Source of the DNA: Candidatus Parcubacteria bacterium
GTDB taxonomy: Bacteria; Patescibacteriota; Minisyncoccia; Phycocordibacterales; CAIZLB01
Reading direction: 5' to 3'
Length of the DNA: 59,014 nt
NCBI GenBank assembly: GCA_039795775.1
Contig: JBDKLC010000005.1
Span: 251,624-310,637 of the forward strand
How positions within the stretch are numbered: the stretch's first letter is position 1; the number at the start of each line of letters is the position of its first letter. The notes below the pieces were generated by a model. The model saw only the letters and a list, made by a program, of their open reading frames with translations, ran no database searches and had not been told where the DNA came from. A program made the position numbers and the translations under genes. Below, piece by piece: positions 8,813 through 16,733 of this stretch.

Positions 8813-9718
8813 ATGTCAAAAAAATCAATTATAGTTGTTGTGATCCTCATTGTCCTTGGGTATATAGGATATCAGGTCGCTGTTGTACCTCATCCTGGAT
8901 GGAATACAAACCCAGTACCTCTTACAAGCACCTCTACAGGAGATACATCCACACCATCAAAGCCAGTAAGTACATCTACACCTACAACTGCAGTTCAAGG
9001 TCTCAAGGTAAGTACTCCAGGAGTCAATCAAGTTGTTGGAAGTCCTCTTCATATTAAAGGTCAGGCCAACGGGGGATGGTATTTTGAAGGAACATTTCCT
9101 GTAACACTTCTTGATGCAAAAAAGAAAGTACTTGCCACAGGCATAGCAAAATCAAAAGGCGACTGGGCGACAAGTACTCTTACAGATTTTGAATTCGATC
9201 TTATATTTCCAATTCCAACAACCCAGACAGGTACTCTCGTATTTGAAAGAGACAACCCATCTGGACTTCCACAAAACGGAGAGCAGTATGTAGTGCCTGT
9301 ACGATTTGCTTCAAGTACACAAAATACTATTACTGTAAGTCTTTTTTATCCAAACAAAAACAAAGCGGACCAACTCAATGACGTGTGTAGTGCGGATTCT
9401 GTCGTGAGTCTTCCTCGAGAGATTCCACGGACTATTTCTCCAATTCAAGATGCTATCAAATTTCTGCTCAAAGGGGAGATTACTATAGTAGAAAAAACAG
9501 CGGGGTTTAGCACTGAATTTCCACTCGCAGGAGTTCAGTTGAAGGGAGCAAATTTAAAAAATGGCACACTTACTCTCGATATTGCTGACCCACAACACAA
9601 AACTTCAGGAGGCTCATGCCGAGCTGGACTTCTTCGAGCTCAAATAGAGAAAACAGCACTGCAATTCGCGGGCGTACAGAAGGTCGTATTCAAGCCAGAA
9701 TTGGTTTTTCAGCCATAG
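8813..9718 (+). CDS. Membrane-anchored Gmad2 Ig-like plus GerMN-like domain protein
   Basis: 301 aa. TM anchor, S/T/P linker, GSPLHIKGQANGGWYFEGTFPVTLLD (Gmad2-like), C-terminal GerMN-like region. Confidence 0.7.
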   Translation: MSKKSIIVVVILIVLGYIGYQVAVVPHPGWNTNPVPLTSTSTGDTSTPSKPVSTSTPTTAVQGLKVSTPGVNQVVGSPLHIKGQANGGWYFEGTFPVTLLDAKKKVLATGIAKSKGDWATSTLTDFEFDLIFPIPTTQTGTLVFERDNPSGLPQNGEQYVVPVRFASSTQNTITVSLFYPNKNKADQLNDVCSADSVVSLPREIPRTISPIQDAIKFLLKGEITIVEKTAGFSTEFPLAGVQLKGANLKNGTLTLDIADPQHKTSGGSCRAGLLRAQIEKTALQFAGVQKVVFKPELVFQP

Positions 9719-9771
9719 TTGTATAATGTATTTATAAGTAACTAAACATCAGACAAGACGTCTATAAAGAC

Positions 9772-11466
9772 ATGAAACAGATCAAATTAATGGCCATTGC
9801 CGGCCTTATAGCAGCAGTATTGGGTGGTGTGCTTCCACTTCAAGCTGCGAATGCCCAATTTATTCAAACAGGGTCAGGACAGACTTCTGGATCGGGAAGT
9901 AGTTCATCTTTACCTTATCCAGGAACATCTGGTTGTGTAAGTATTAACTCATTCGTGACATTTGGCTCACGAGATTACTATTCTGGTGGAGAGGTTTCAA
10001 AAGTACAAAACTTTTTAATTTCAAAAGGCTATCTCCAAGCTGGTCTCGCAACAGGCTATTATGGTCGGATGACATTCTCTGCAATGCAGCAGTTCCAAGC
10101 ATCTAATGGTATTCAGCCAACAGGAGGTGCTGGTCCTATTACTCGAGCAAAGATTCGAGATGTATCTTGCGGTTCTGTAGTGAATCCTCCAACAAACGGA
10201 GCACCTGTTATTACATCTATGTCACCAACATCAGGTCCTGTGGGAACAATGGTGACTGTCTATGGCTCTGGTTTTACATCTACAAATAATATCGTTATTT
10301 TTGGAAACAGTGGTTCGGTTCCATACGTTGTCTCTTCAAATGGAACATCTCTCACATTCCGTGTTCCAGAAAGTTTGACTCCTGCTTGTTATTACGGAAA
10401 TCCAGCATGCTATATCGCAATGATGGCTCGAGCCACAACACCTGGTCAGTACGCTGTTTCTATTCAAAACTCTCGAGGAACAAGTAATAGTATCAACTTC
10501 AATGTGACATCTGGTTCGATCAACAATCCAAATGGAGCACCAGTGATCACTGGCGTTGATACTCCAACCAACCTTCAGGTAGGTCAGACTGGCACATGGT
10601 CTATACGAGCTCTTGATCCATCAGGATCAGGTCTTTCATACAGTGTGAGTTGGGGTGATGAAAATACATATAGTGGCTCTGGTTACTATATTCCTTACTC
10701 TGGAGGATATACTCAAAACAGCACATTTACTCACGTCTATTACAGTCCTGGTACGTATACAGCGAAGTTTACAGTACGATCTTCAAACGGCATGACAGCT
10801 GAAACTACACAGACAATTACAGTTGGATCAAATGGAAATAACTACGTTCCAACTATTACATCTATTTCTCCAACATCTGGTCCATTCGGTACTGTTGTAA
10901 CAATCACTGGAATGAATTTTGATCGATACAATAACTCAGTCAATTTCGCTAACGTGAATAATGTAGCTCGAAATGTCGAATCTACAGACGGTCGAACTCT
11001 TCAGTTTACAGTTCCTGCAACTCCATGTTCATCTGGAAGTATATGTGCTCAAGTCGCACTTCAAAATGGTACATACGGCATCAGTGTGACAAACTCAAAT
11101 GGTACAAGTAATGTATTTAATTACACAGTCAGTGCCACAACCGGGAATAATGTTGATCAAACAATTGTTGCGCGTATCAACGAATCTGTATATGTTGGAG
11201 ATCTTATGATTATGCCAACTAGTATTGGTGAAGATAGTCGATGTCCTGTAGATGTAACATGTATTCAAGCTGGTAAAATCGTAGTAAATACACAGCTTCG
11301 AGGACCAAGCACTCAGATCAATACAGCACTTAGTTACGGCTCATCAAACACACTTACGCGTGTAGATGGATATTCAATTCAGATTGTAGGTGTACAGCCT
11401 TCAAAGACTTCGACTCAGACTATTCCTTATTACAACTACGCGATTACATATCGTGTGACAAGATAA
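9772..11466 (+). CDS. Secreted surface protein: peptidoglycan-binding domain, two IPT/TIG-like repeats, PKD-like domain
   Basis: 564 aa with signal peptide. PG_binding_1-like (VSKVQNFLISKGYL..GYYGRMTFSAMQQFQ). Repeated PxITSxSPTSGPxGT modules. PKD-like WGD..FTHVYYSPGTYTAKFTV. Confidence 0.75.
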   Translation: MKQIKLMAIAGLIAAVLGGVLPLQAANAQFIQTGSGQTSGSGSSSSLPYPGTSGCVSINSFVTFGSRDYYSGGEVSKVQNFLISKGYLQAGLATGYYGRMTFSAMQQFQASNGIQPTGGAGPITRAKIRDVSCGSVVNPPTNGAPVITSMSPTSGPVGTMVTVYGSGFTSTNNIVIFGNSGSVPYVVSSNGTSLTFRVPESLTPACYYGNPACYIAMMARATTPGQYAVSIQNSRGTSNSINFNVTSGSINNPNGAPVITGVDTPTNLQVGQTGTWSIRALDPSGSGLSYSVSWGDENTYSGSGYYIPYSGGYTQNSTFTHVYYSPGTYTAKFTVRSSNGMTAETTQTITVGSNGNNYVPTITSISPTSGPFGTVVTITGMNFDRYNNSVNFANVNNVARNVESTDGRTLQFTVPATPCSSGSICAQVALQNGTYGISVTNSNGTSNVFNYTVSATTGNNVDQTIVARINESVYVGDLMIMPTSIGEDSRCPVDVTCIQAGKIVVNTQLRGPSTQINTALSYGSSNTLTRVDGYSIQIVGVQPSKTSTQTIPYYNYAITYRVTR

Positions 11467-11504
11467 CGACTAGTTGCAGACTAGTATAGTTGTATCTCTC
11501 GATC

Positions 11505-11528
11505 AAAACAGCCTTCACGGGCTGTTTT
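11505..11528 (+). terminator. Intrinsic terminator
   Basis: aaaacagcc / ggctgtttt stem followed by a T-rich tail. Confidence 0.7.
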
Positions 11529-11563
11529 GTATTTGTCTGCGAGCGATGTATTGTTATGTATAT

Positions 11564-12313
11564 ATGAATATGACAGCTGACACACTGATGAAAGAGCTTA
11601 GAAGGGCAGGGGATAAAGAGAAGGGAATATTCCTTTTACGTTTTTTTAAGACAGGAAAAGGGCAATATGGAGAAGGAGATCTTTTTCTTGGCATTACGGT
11701 GCCAGTACAGAGACTTATTGCTAAGAAGTATGTACATCTAAAACTTACAGAAATTGTTCCACTTATGACTAGTCAATTTCATGAGTTTCGATTGTGTGCG
11801 CTTATGATTCTCGATTTCAAATATGAAGCAGCTTCAAAACTCAAAGACGAAAAAACAAAGCAGTCGGAACAAAAAAGGATTTTTGATTTCTATATAAAAC
11901 ATAAAAAATATATAAATAATTGGGACCTTGTTGATACGTCAGCTCGCGATATTGTTGGTGCATATTTATTTGATAAACCAAGAGACATACTATATAAACT
12001 TGCTGTGTCTACATCTCTGTGGGACAGACGAATTGCAATTATCGCGACACACTATTTTATTAAAAAAGGACAGTATGAAGATACGATAAAAATTTCTGAA
12101 ATGTTACTAGGAGATAGGGAAGACCTCATGCACAAAGCGGTGGGTTGGATGCTTCGAGAAATGGGTAATAAATCAGAGAAACATCTTATTAATTTTCTTG
12201 ATGTATATGCCGCACAGATGCCCCGAACAATGCTTCGATATTCTCTTGAACGACTGTCGCCCCAAGATAGAAAAACATACATGAGTGTCAAAGGTCCAAA
12301 ATTGACCAAGTAG
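11564..12313 (+). CDS. DNA alkylation repair protein (HEAT-repeat, AlkD-like family)
   Basis: The track ORF begins at a TTG inside the upstream terminator; the first ATG after it is 11564. Sequence (FFKTGKGQYGEGDLFLGITVP..WDLVD..MLRYSLE) resembles the DNA_alkylation family. Confidence 0.75.
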   Translation: MNMTADTLMKELRRAGDKEKGIFLLRFFKTGKGQYGEGDLFLGITVPVQRLIAKKYVHLKLTEIVPLMTSQFHEFRLCALMILDFKYEAASKLKDEKTKQSEQKRIFDFYIKHKKYINNWDLVDTSARDIVGAYLFDKPRDILYKLAVSTSLWDRRIAIIATHYFIKKGQYEDTIKISEMLLGDREDLMHKAVGWMLREMGNKSEKHLINFLDVYAAQMPRTMLRYSLERLSPQDRKTYMSVKGPKLTK

Positions 12314-12403
12314 CCGTGGTGTTGTAAAGTTCTGACAGCATTTGTCTTACAGAAAACCGTCGGTTTTCGGACAAGAGCTCCTTAACTTTTTTATCACGTG
12401 CAT

Positions 12404-13738
12404 ATGGAAATACCACAAGTCCCATGGCGGATTGTGGTTCTCCCACGTCCGCTTTCTCCGTTAGCTGCCTTTGCTTACTTTTTGTTAAGCGAGGCAACCT
12501 TTGAGCAACATGGCTCAACGTTTAAAATCCTTGGACCTCACTATGTTCGATGGGCCACACTGGTTCCATCAATGTCAGTGAGTTCTGATGGTGCTTTCCC
12601 TGAATTTGGCGTTAGTATCAACCTCAATTGTTCCCAAAGGGACTTACGAGAATTGGTAACTTATTTATTCAGTCTCAATCCTCAGTTTGATGATAAGCCG
12701 TTACCGAAGCGTTTGAGTAACTTCTTTTGCTTTGGAAATCATCGTCACACTGTTGCGAAGTCGTGGCTTACCTTTACTGGTAAGCTTTCCCGAAATAATA
12801 ACCTTAACCACGTTGTCGCTCTGACGAATAATCTTATCCAAACGTTCATCCGTGAAGAAAAAGATTTCTTTGAGCATGCTGTCGAAGAAAGGCAAGAACT
12901 GCCTTTTTCATTCGATGTGCCAGTAGCGTCTGATACGCTCGAGATCTCTGTGCCCGTTACAAAACGGGTGCATATCGAAGGTGGACGAGCTCTTGAAGCC
13001 GTTCGAGAAGAAACCCAGCACACTATCCAAGCTCTGCGAGAGTCAGAAATTTTCTGGCTCATGCGGAGTAAAATTGTCATCCTCATCGGTGGTCCTCCTC
13101 AGATGGGGAAGAGCACAATCGCTGCATCCTTGTATACGCAGCTCAAGCACCTCATTAGATCTCTGCAGAGTCGTAGTGGTGCATGCTGGTCGGATCTTCG
13201 GCTGAGGGTTGGTCTAACGACGTTGGATCTTGCTACACCTGTTGCTGACGAAATGCTCAAGAAAGGGCAAGCAAAAGACCGAGCACTCATGCAAAGTCGG
13301 AAGCAGCCTTGGACAGAGCAGTTGGCTAGAGAAGCATTGTTGAATATGGAGAAGGTGCTCCAACTCAACGACATTGTCATAGCCGACCTTCCTGGAAAGC
13401 TCACGGACATTACGCGTCTTCTTGGGGCGTTCGGCACTCATGCAATTATTGTTGGCCAATCCAACGATGAAGAGTTCTCAGAAACCCAACAAAGCTGGAA
13501 TCGTTACTTCAGCGAACTCGGGATCAACGTTGTTGGTCAGATAAAATCTACTGAGCATCAGCCAAGCATGATGAGTCTGTATCGACCCGGTCGTCGAATA
13601 TACGGTCGCGTTCGTAGGCCAGAGAGGGTCGTCCGAGCATGGGACCCGTTCATTACTGTCATGGGACAGTTCCTTATGTTTGAGATTCTCCCGAGTCTCA
13701 TGCGTAACCTTCACGAACGAATAGAGGAACAAACATAG
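12404..13738 (+). CDS. P-loop NTPase of unknown family, GC-rich island (start uncertain: GTG 12398 or ATG 12404)
   Basis: About 445 aa. Walker A GGPPQMGKST at about residue 235, Walker-B/G3-like IVIADLPG. The roughly 220-aa N-terminal domain was not recognisable. Antisense frames are open, as expected for a GC-rich CDS. Confidence 0.6.
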   Translation: MEIPQVPWRIVVLPRPLSPLAAFAYFLLSEATFEQHGSTFKILGPHYVRWATLVPSMSVSSDGAFPEFGVSINLNCSQRDLRELVTYLFSLNPQFDDKPLPKRLSNFFCFGNHRHTVAKSWLTFTGKLSRNNNLNHVVALTNNLIQTFIREEKDFFEHAVEERQELPFSFDVPVASDTLEISVPVTKRVHIEGGRALEAVREETQHTIQALRESEIFWLMRSKIVILIGGPPQMGKSTIAASLYTQLKHLIRSLQSRSGACWSDLRLRVGLTTLDLATPVADEMLKKGQAKDRALMQSRKQPWTEQLAREALLNMEKVLQLNDIVIADLPGKLTDITRLLGAFGTHAIIVGQSNDEEFSETQQSWNRYFSELGINVVGQIKSTEHQPSMMSLYRPGRRIYGRVRRPERVVRAWDPFITVMGQFLMFEILPSLMRNLHERIEEQT

Positions 13739-13813
13739 TGGCAGCACGTGACAACTTACAACCGGCTCAGAGCAATCTGGGCGGGTTTGTCATTTAGGGA
13801 TATACTGGTGCAA

Positions 13814-14431
13814 ATGTTTAAAACCGTTTTATCTACGAGCACGATAGGTAAGGGGACAGGAGAGCATACGCTCTATTTTGAAATGAAAGCGAGTGTACGA
13901 ATTCGTAGTATTAGAGTGTCTTTATATGCGGACGGTAGTTGCAAAGTGACTCATCCACGATTTATTTCTTCAGAAAAAGTTGAACAATTTTTGAAAGCAA
14001 AATCAGCGTGGTTCATATCTAAAGTAAATTTTCAAAAAAATGAAGAATGGGCACATAATCCACATGGTGGACATATTTCTGCGCAAGCAAAGAAAGCTCA
14101 AGAAAAGAAAGAATATGCTTTGCTTAAACATCAAGCACTACTAGTAGCCCAAAAGAAAGTTGAGTATTTTAATCAGATATATAAATTTAATGTCGGAAAA
14201 GTTTCAATTCGAAATCAAAAGAGTCGATGGGGAAGTTGCTCCAAGAAGGGGAATCTGAATTTTAATTATAAAATAGCTAAACTCCCCGAAGAACTTGCTG
14301 ATTATTTGGTTGTGCACGAGATTTGCCATATTGGCCAGTTCAACCATTCAAAAAGATTTTGGGACTTGGTAGCGCAAGTGGTCCCAGACTACAAAATTCG
14401 TAGAGCGGCACTCAAAAAAATAAAACTATAA
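13814..14431 (+). CDS. YgjP-like metal-dependent hydrolase (DUF45 / M48-like HExxH)
   Basis: HEICH zinc motif in ..LVVHEICHIGQFNHSKRFWDLV... TATACT at 13801-13806 lies 7 nt upstream of the ATG at 13814. Confidence 0.8.
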   Translation: MFKTVLSTSTIGKGTGEHTLYFEMKASVRIRSIRVSLYADGSCKVTHPRFISSEKVEQFLKAKSAWFISKVNFQKNEEWAHNPHGGHISAQAKKAQEKKEYALLKHQALLVAQKKVEYFNQIYKFNVGKVSIRNQKSRWGSCSKKGNLNFNYKIAKLPEELADYLVVHEICHIGQFNHSKRFWDLVAQVVPDYKIRRAALKKIKL

Positions 14432-14473
14432 AGTTTTAGTGAAGATTTGTTTAAAAATTTTGTAACAAATAGA

Positions 14474-14848
14474 TTACGCTATTGTACAAAGGTAAGAAAG
14501 CACTTGTTGTAGTCCTGTTTGATCTGCAACAAAACGGCCTTGAGGTCCACCCACTGTGTATCCAATAATTGTTTCTTCACCTGTGAGATAACTTGAAACG
14601 AGCGGATCACCGGCGTCATTCGATTTGTCAGTAAATCCAGCACATGCAAGTGCGCTGAATTCAGCTGAATCAAGAGGCCGAAGATTGAGGTGTTCTCTAA
14701 GATTGTTTGCAATATAGACTACCGTATCTTGTATAGATGAAATAATTGATCCGCCTTCAGGAAGAGCTTCAATGTATTCTTTTAGTTCATCAAAGTGTTC
14801 TAGCAGGACTTCCTCTAGTGTTGGTTGTTCTGAGTGTGATTCTGTCAT
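14474..14848 (-). CDS. Hypothetical acidic cytoplasmic protein
   Basis: 124-aa ORF with no recognisable motif. Confidence 0.5.
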   Translation of the reverse strand: MTESHSEQPTLEEVLLEHFDELKEYIEALPEGGSIISSIQDTVVYIANNLREHLNLRPLDSAEFSALACAGFTDKSNDAGDPLVSSYLTGEETIIGYTVGGPQGRFVADQTGLQQVLSYLCTIA

Positions 14849-14933
14849 AAATTTTAGATGTACATATTATAGTAAATTATTTAAAAAAACATACATCTTG
14901 CTTAAACGATTGAAGCAATTTATAAAATGGTTT

Positions 14934-14967
14934 GCCCCCGGCTTCTATATGTTGTGAAGCCGGGGGC
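14934..14967 (-). terminator. GC-rich 12-bp hairpin downstream of the 15011-15304 gene
   Basis: gcccccggcttc / gaagccgggggc with a 10-nt loop. Confidence 0.6.
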
Positions 14968-15010
14968 GGTGAGTGTTCTTGTGATACGAGCTGGTGATGT
15001 ACCTGCTGTA

Positions 15011-15304
15011 TCATTCTTTTTTGGGCCAGATGCTGGCCAGGATGATGCTGACCAGAAGCGGCCAAATCGATATGCCGGTCAGAAATCCCCAGTTGAAGAA
15101 CCGGGCATACTTGAACGGAATTGCTTCTGGAAATACAGATGATCCTGTGAACAAACGTGGAGCATATAGCATTCCTTCGCAGATGCCGGTGCCGAAGGCT
15201 TCGAACCTTGGCGCGGCGTTGGTGTCGAGGAATGCATAGATGAATCCGTGAATGAGGGCAAGTGCGATAATAATCACAATTGCCCAGCCTGTGTTCTTTT
15301 TCAT
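15011..15304 (-). CDS. Hypothetical small two-TM membrane protein (GC-richer than backbone)
   Basis: The track ORF extends to 15439, but the N-terminal 45 residues are not protein-like. MKKNTGWAIVIIIALALI starts at 15304. Confidence 0.5.
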   Translation of the reverse strand: MKKNTGWAIVIIIALALIHGFIYAFLDTNAAPRFEAFGTGICEGMLYAPRLFTGSSVFPEAIPFKYARFFNWGFLTGISIWPLLVSIILASIWPKKE

Positions 15305-15424
15305 GACTGATTGATTGATGTATGTGGTGTTGGTTGTGCTGTGAACATGTGACATAGAGCTGGGTTGATAAGCTATAGGCCAGTCAGTTCGTTCGTGTAC
15401 ATAATACATAAAATATGGGTTTTT

Positions 15425-15503
15425 GCCAGTTTGGGCCAATTTGAGTCAATTTTGGCAAAATAACGTCAAATTGGTCAAAAAAGCTAAAAAAGCTAAAAAA
15501 GCG
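15425..15503. repeat. Iteron-like repeats followed by three tandem 9-mers
   Basis: gccagtttggg (15425), gccaatttgag (15436), tcaattttggc (15446), gtcaaattggtc (15465); then aaaaaagct, aaaaaagct, aaaaaagcg (15477-15503). An almost pure A/T tract follows to about 15600. Confidence 0.5.
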
Positions 15504-15599
15504 AAAATACAGAAAAAACCAAAATTAATTTTTTTAAAATTTATAAGAAAATTAAAAATATAAATAAAATTTAAAATATTTTTTGTTAAATAAAGTAGA

Positions 15600-16198
15600 A
15601 GGGAATATGAAATTTGTCTAAAAGTTTAGTTTCGAATTTTAGTCTTAAGGGTCAGAGGGTATATGTCTTTCCCAGTCATATAAATGTCGCACAATATATC
15701 TTTTGCGACATACTCCTATAGGGCACCTAGGTCTTTTCGGGCTTTCTGACTCTTATTACCCAATCCACTTATCGGCTATGAATCCTATTCTTTTAATCGA
15801 TTTTTGAGCCCGTATAATCGCTTATAAGGCCTTCTACTTTATATAGATGATAGGTTGACCATCTATTAACTAACGGTTAGCGAACCACTTTATAAGGTCA
15901 TCCAAATTTAAGGGTTTTTACTAGGGGACTGACTTCCCTATTGTTTGCCTGAAGCCGTGAACTGAATCTTTGATAGTAACCCTTGACTTATTACAACCCG
16001 GCCACCCAGTAAGTAATAATTAATAAGTTGAATGTTCAGTAGTAGATATATTTGTGACCAGTCTCATTTGCCATGTAGCACGTGCTACATATATACATGG
16101 TGCCGTAGATCGATCTATGGCTGGTGCCAAGTCATACATGTGTCTACTACCGAGAATTTAAGATACTTTGAAGGGGAGTCGCACTTCCCTTTTTATAG
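15600..16198 (+). ncRNA. Candidate ORF-less plus-strand transcript(s) with duplicated terminator module; class unknown
   Basis: No credible ORF. Two copies of aatttaag-N9/10-agggga-loop-cttccct (15905-15939 and 16155-16190). The second is followed by T5. Both stems contain a G-T pair that only works on the plus strand. Confidence 0.3.
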
Positions 16199-16239
16199 GA
16201 TAAAAAAACTAAGGCTATATAAATAATTTTGTAAATAAT

Positions 16240-16593
16240 TTATTTTACTAAAGCAATAATACTTATAATTAATCCGATAAAACTTATAGTCGCACCAATC
16301 ATTGCATAGACGTTGTGAGTCATGTGATGTCTGAACTTTTGCCAACGAGTTCGAAATTCTTGGGTGCCAAGTTCTGTAATACGTACATAGCCTGTGCCAT
16401 TTATAGCAGTACTTACCTTCCCTTCATCTTTTAGAAAGTTGAGGGCTTGATTCATAATAATATCCTTTCTCCCAGTATCTTGAGGTCGCCATTGGAGTTT
16501 GTATGATACGTGTGAAATGAGTTCAGAAGGTATCCAATCAATTTTTTCGGATAACGCCTTGAGAAGTTCTTTTTTGATTATGCTGTAGTCCAT
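16240..16593 (-). CDS. Hypothetical protein, possible winged-helix N-domain with C-terminal TM anchor
   Basis: 117 aa. C-terminal IGATISFIGLIISIIALV helix. TGATAAAAT extended -10 lies 6 nt upstream of the ATG. Confidence 0.5.
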   Translation of the reverse strand: MDYSIIKKELLKALSEKIDWIPSELISHVSYKLQWRPQDTGRKDIIMNQALNFLKDEGKVSTAINGTGYVRITELGTQEFRTRWQKFRHHMTHNVYAMIGATISFIGLIISIIALVK

Positions 16594-16648
16594 CTACATA
16601 TTTTATCATCAAAACTTTTATATGTAGTAAAAAGTTTGCAAAAGAAAA

Positions 16649-16699
16649 ATACCGCACTCGTTCATCAATTTGTCAGATCAATGGCACGTAGTGCGGTAT
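16649..16699 (-). terminator. Terminator after the 16734-17966 gene
   Basis: 10-bp stem ataccgcact / agtgcggtat, with T-rich tracts on both sides. Confidence 0.6.
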
Positions 16700-16733
16700 C
16701 TTGTTTTCTCAGGCTATATTGCTTCCTTCTTCC

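Noticed and set aside
15305-15439. N-terminal 45-codon extension of the 15011 ORF given in the track.
   Set aside because: The extension is not protein-like and overlaps the iteron-like repeats. A convincing MKK..TM-helix start exists at 15304.
15421-15800. Chromosomal oriC (AT tract plus repeats; degenerate DnaA-box-like caatccact at about 15760 and tcatccaaa at about 15899).
   Set aside because: There is no dnaA or dnaN nearby, and the boxes match only 6-7 of 9 positions. Gene orientation converges nearby (14431/14474) rather than diverging. It is kept only as a generic iteron/AT-tract observation.
16032-16226. 64-aa Cys-rich ORF (possible small secreted peptide).
   Set aside because: It reads straight through the palindromes and the terminator hairpin. 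It mostly uses AGA/AGG Arg codons, unlike the neighbouring backbone genes, and has no signal or leader features.
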